Assembly (NCBI GenBank): GCA_963721405.1
Contig: CAVRJA010000002.1
Coordinates: 115,580-179,579 of the forward strand
Direction: 5' to 3'
From: an uncultured Acidobacteriota bacterium
GTDB taxonomy: Bacteria > Acidobacteriota > UBA6911
Length of the DNA stretch: 64,000 bases
Shown here: one piece after another, positions 63,579 to 64,000 of the stretch
Numbering within the stretch: the stretch's first letter is position 1
Layout of the letters: every line of letters starts with the position of its first letter
Program-made: the position numbers and the translations under genes
Notes under the pieces: model-generated
Told to the model about the DNA's origin: nothing
The model's input: the letters and a program-made list of their open reading frames with translations, nothing else
Databases searched by the model: none

Positions 63579-64000
63579 AACAGGCACCTCGCGGGCTCGA
63601 TCCCCGGTGTGCGGGATTTTTCCCCGGCTGTTTCACGCAGCTTGTCGAGCAGAATAGTCCGGGCACGGTGCAACCGCGAACGGATGGTGCCTTCGGGGCA
63701 CCCGATCACACGCGCTGCCGCGGCATAGTCGAGTTCCTGGAGTTCACACAGGACTACCACTTCGCGATACCGGAGCGGGAGGGTCGCGATGGCGCGGTGC
63801 AGCGACTGGATTATTTCCTGGCGTACCACATTCCCGAGAGGGTCGACGAAGATGCCCGGCTGGTTGTCAATCGTCTCGTGTCCGCCGTGCGAGTCTTCCG
63901 TCATTGGGGCAAACCGGCGCTCCCGGTTCATCCGTCGCAGGACATGATTCCTTGCGATCCCATAGATATAGGAGGAAAACGGTCCCAACGCCGGATCGTA
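63575..64000 (-). CDS. ECF (group IV) sigma-70 factor, 5' end outside the window
   Basis: Region 2: YDPALGPFSSYIYGIARNHVLRR. Region 4: LPLRYREVVVLCELQELDYAAAARVIGCPEGTIRSRLHRAR. The frame stays open to the window edge. Confidence 0.85.
   Translation of the reverse strand, partial: YDPALGPFSSYIYGIARNHVLRRMNRERRFAPMTEDSHGGHETIDNQPGIFVDPLGNVVRQEIIQSLHRAIATLPLRYREVVVLCELQELDYAAAARVIGCPEGTIRSRLHRARTILLDKLRETAGEKSRTPGIEPARCLL

Overview
This is a GC-rich bacterial chromosomal window. The gene content suggests an Acidobacteriota-like soil bacterium, but that is inference only: a giant CarboxypepD_reg/TonB-type outer-membrane protein, several sigma-54 two-component systems, an ECF sigma/anti-sigma pair and an SPU-type microcompartment locus. 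I can support about 50 genes plus several repeats and hairpins. (1) 1-9.5 kb looks degraded. It holds six truncated or frameshifted gene remnants (thymidylate-synthase-like, GH97, AraC, tautomerase, SPFH, methyltransferase) mixed with intact genes (M14 peptidase, DHFR-family protein, HEAT-repeat lipoprotein, vapBC). (2) 9.6-21.5 kb is housekeeping or accessory: a TonB-type receptor, ICMT-like methyltransferase, serine hydrolase, ROK kinase, a sigma-54 two-component pair flanked by copies of a short repeat, and an esterase. (3) 22.3-29.1 kb is a tightly coupled five-gene operon: a TPR protein, a 31-CXXCH multihaem cytochrome built from exact 219-bp repeats, a predicted outer-membrane beta-barrel, a secreted protein, and a 5-TM protein with two H-x13-H helices. 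I rank this as the best candidate for an undescribed porin-cytochrome-type electron conduit. (4) 29.1-34.0 kb holds a DsbB fusion protein, an unlisted 55-aa membrane ORF, an S46 peptidase and a DsbA-like lipoprotein. (5) 34.3-41.3 kb is a bacterial microcompartment locus of the sugar-phosphate (SPU) kind. It has 1 BMC-H, 1 BMC-T and 3 BMC-P shell genes, an acylating aldehyde dehydrogenase, DERA and RpiB that each carry an encapsulation-peptide-like extension, and a GntR regulator. A peculiar repeat-rich intergenic block lies upstream. (6) 46.9-61.6 kb holds a REC-RAM-RAM response regulator; a NuoE/NuoF-like pair plus a 1224-aa 2Fe2S-GltD-NuoG-like fusion, which looks like a Bfu/Stn-type flavin-based bifurcating module; a sigma-54 two-component pair; and a 1481-aa double BcrAD/HgdC-type activase fusion. 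(7) The window ends with a secreted protein, an anti-sigma factor and a partial ECF sigma factor. I saw no rRNA, tRNA, CRISPR array, transposase or integrase. All family calls come from motifs read by eye, and no database search was possible.
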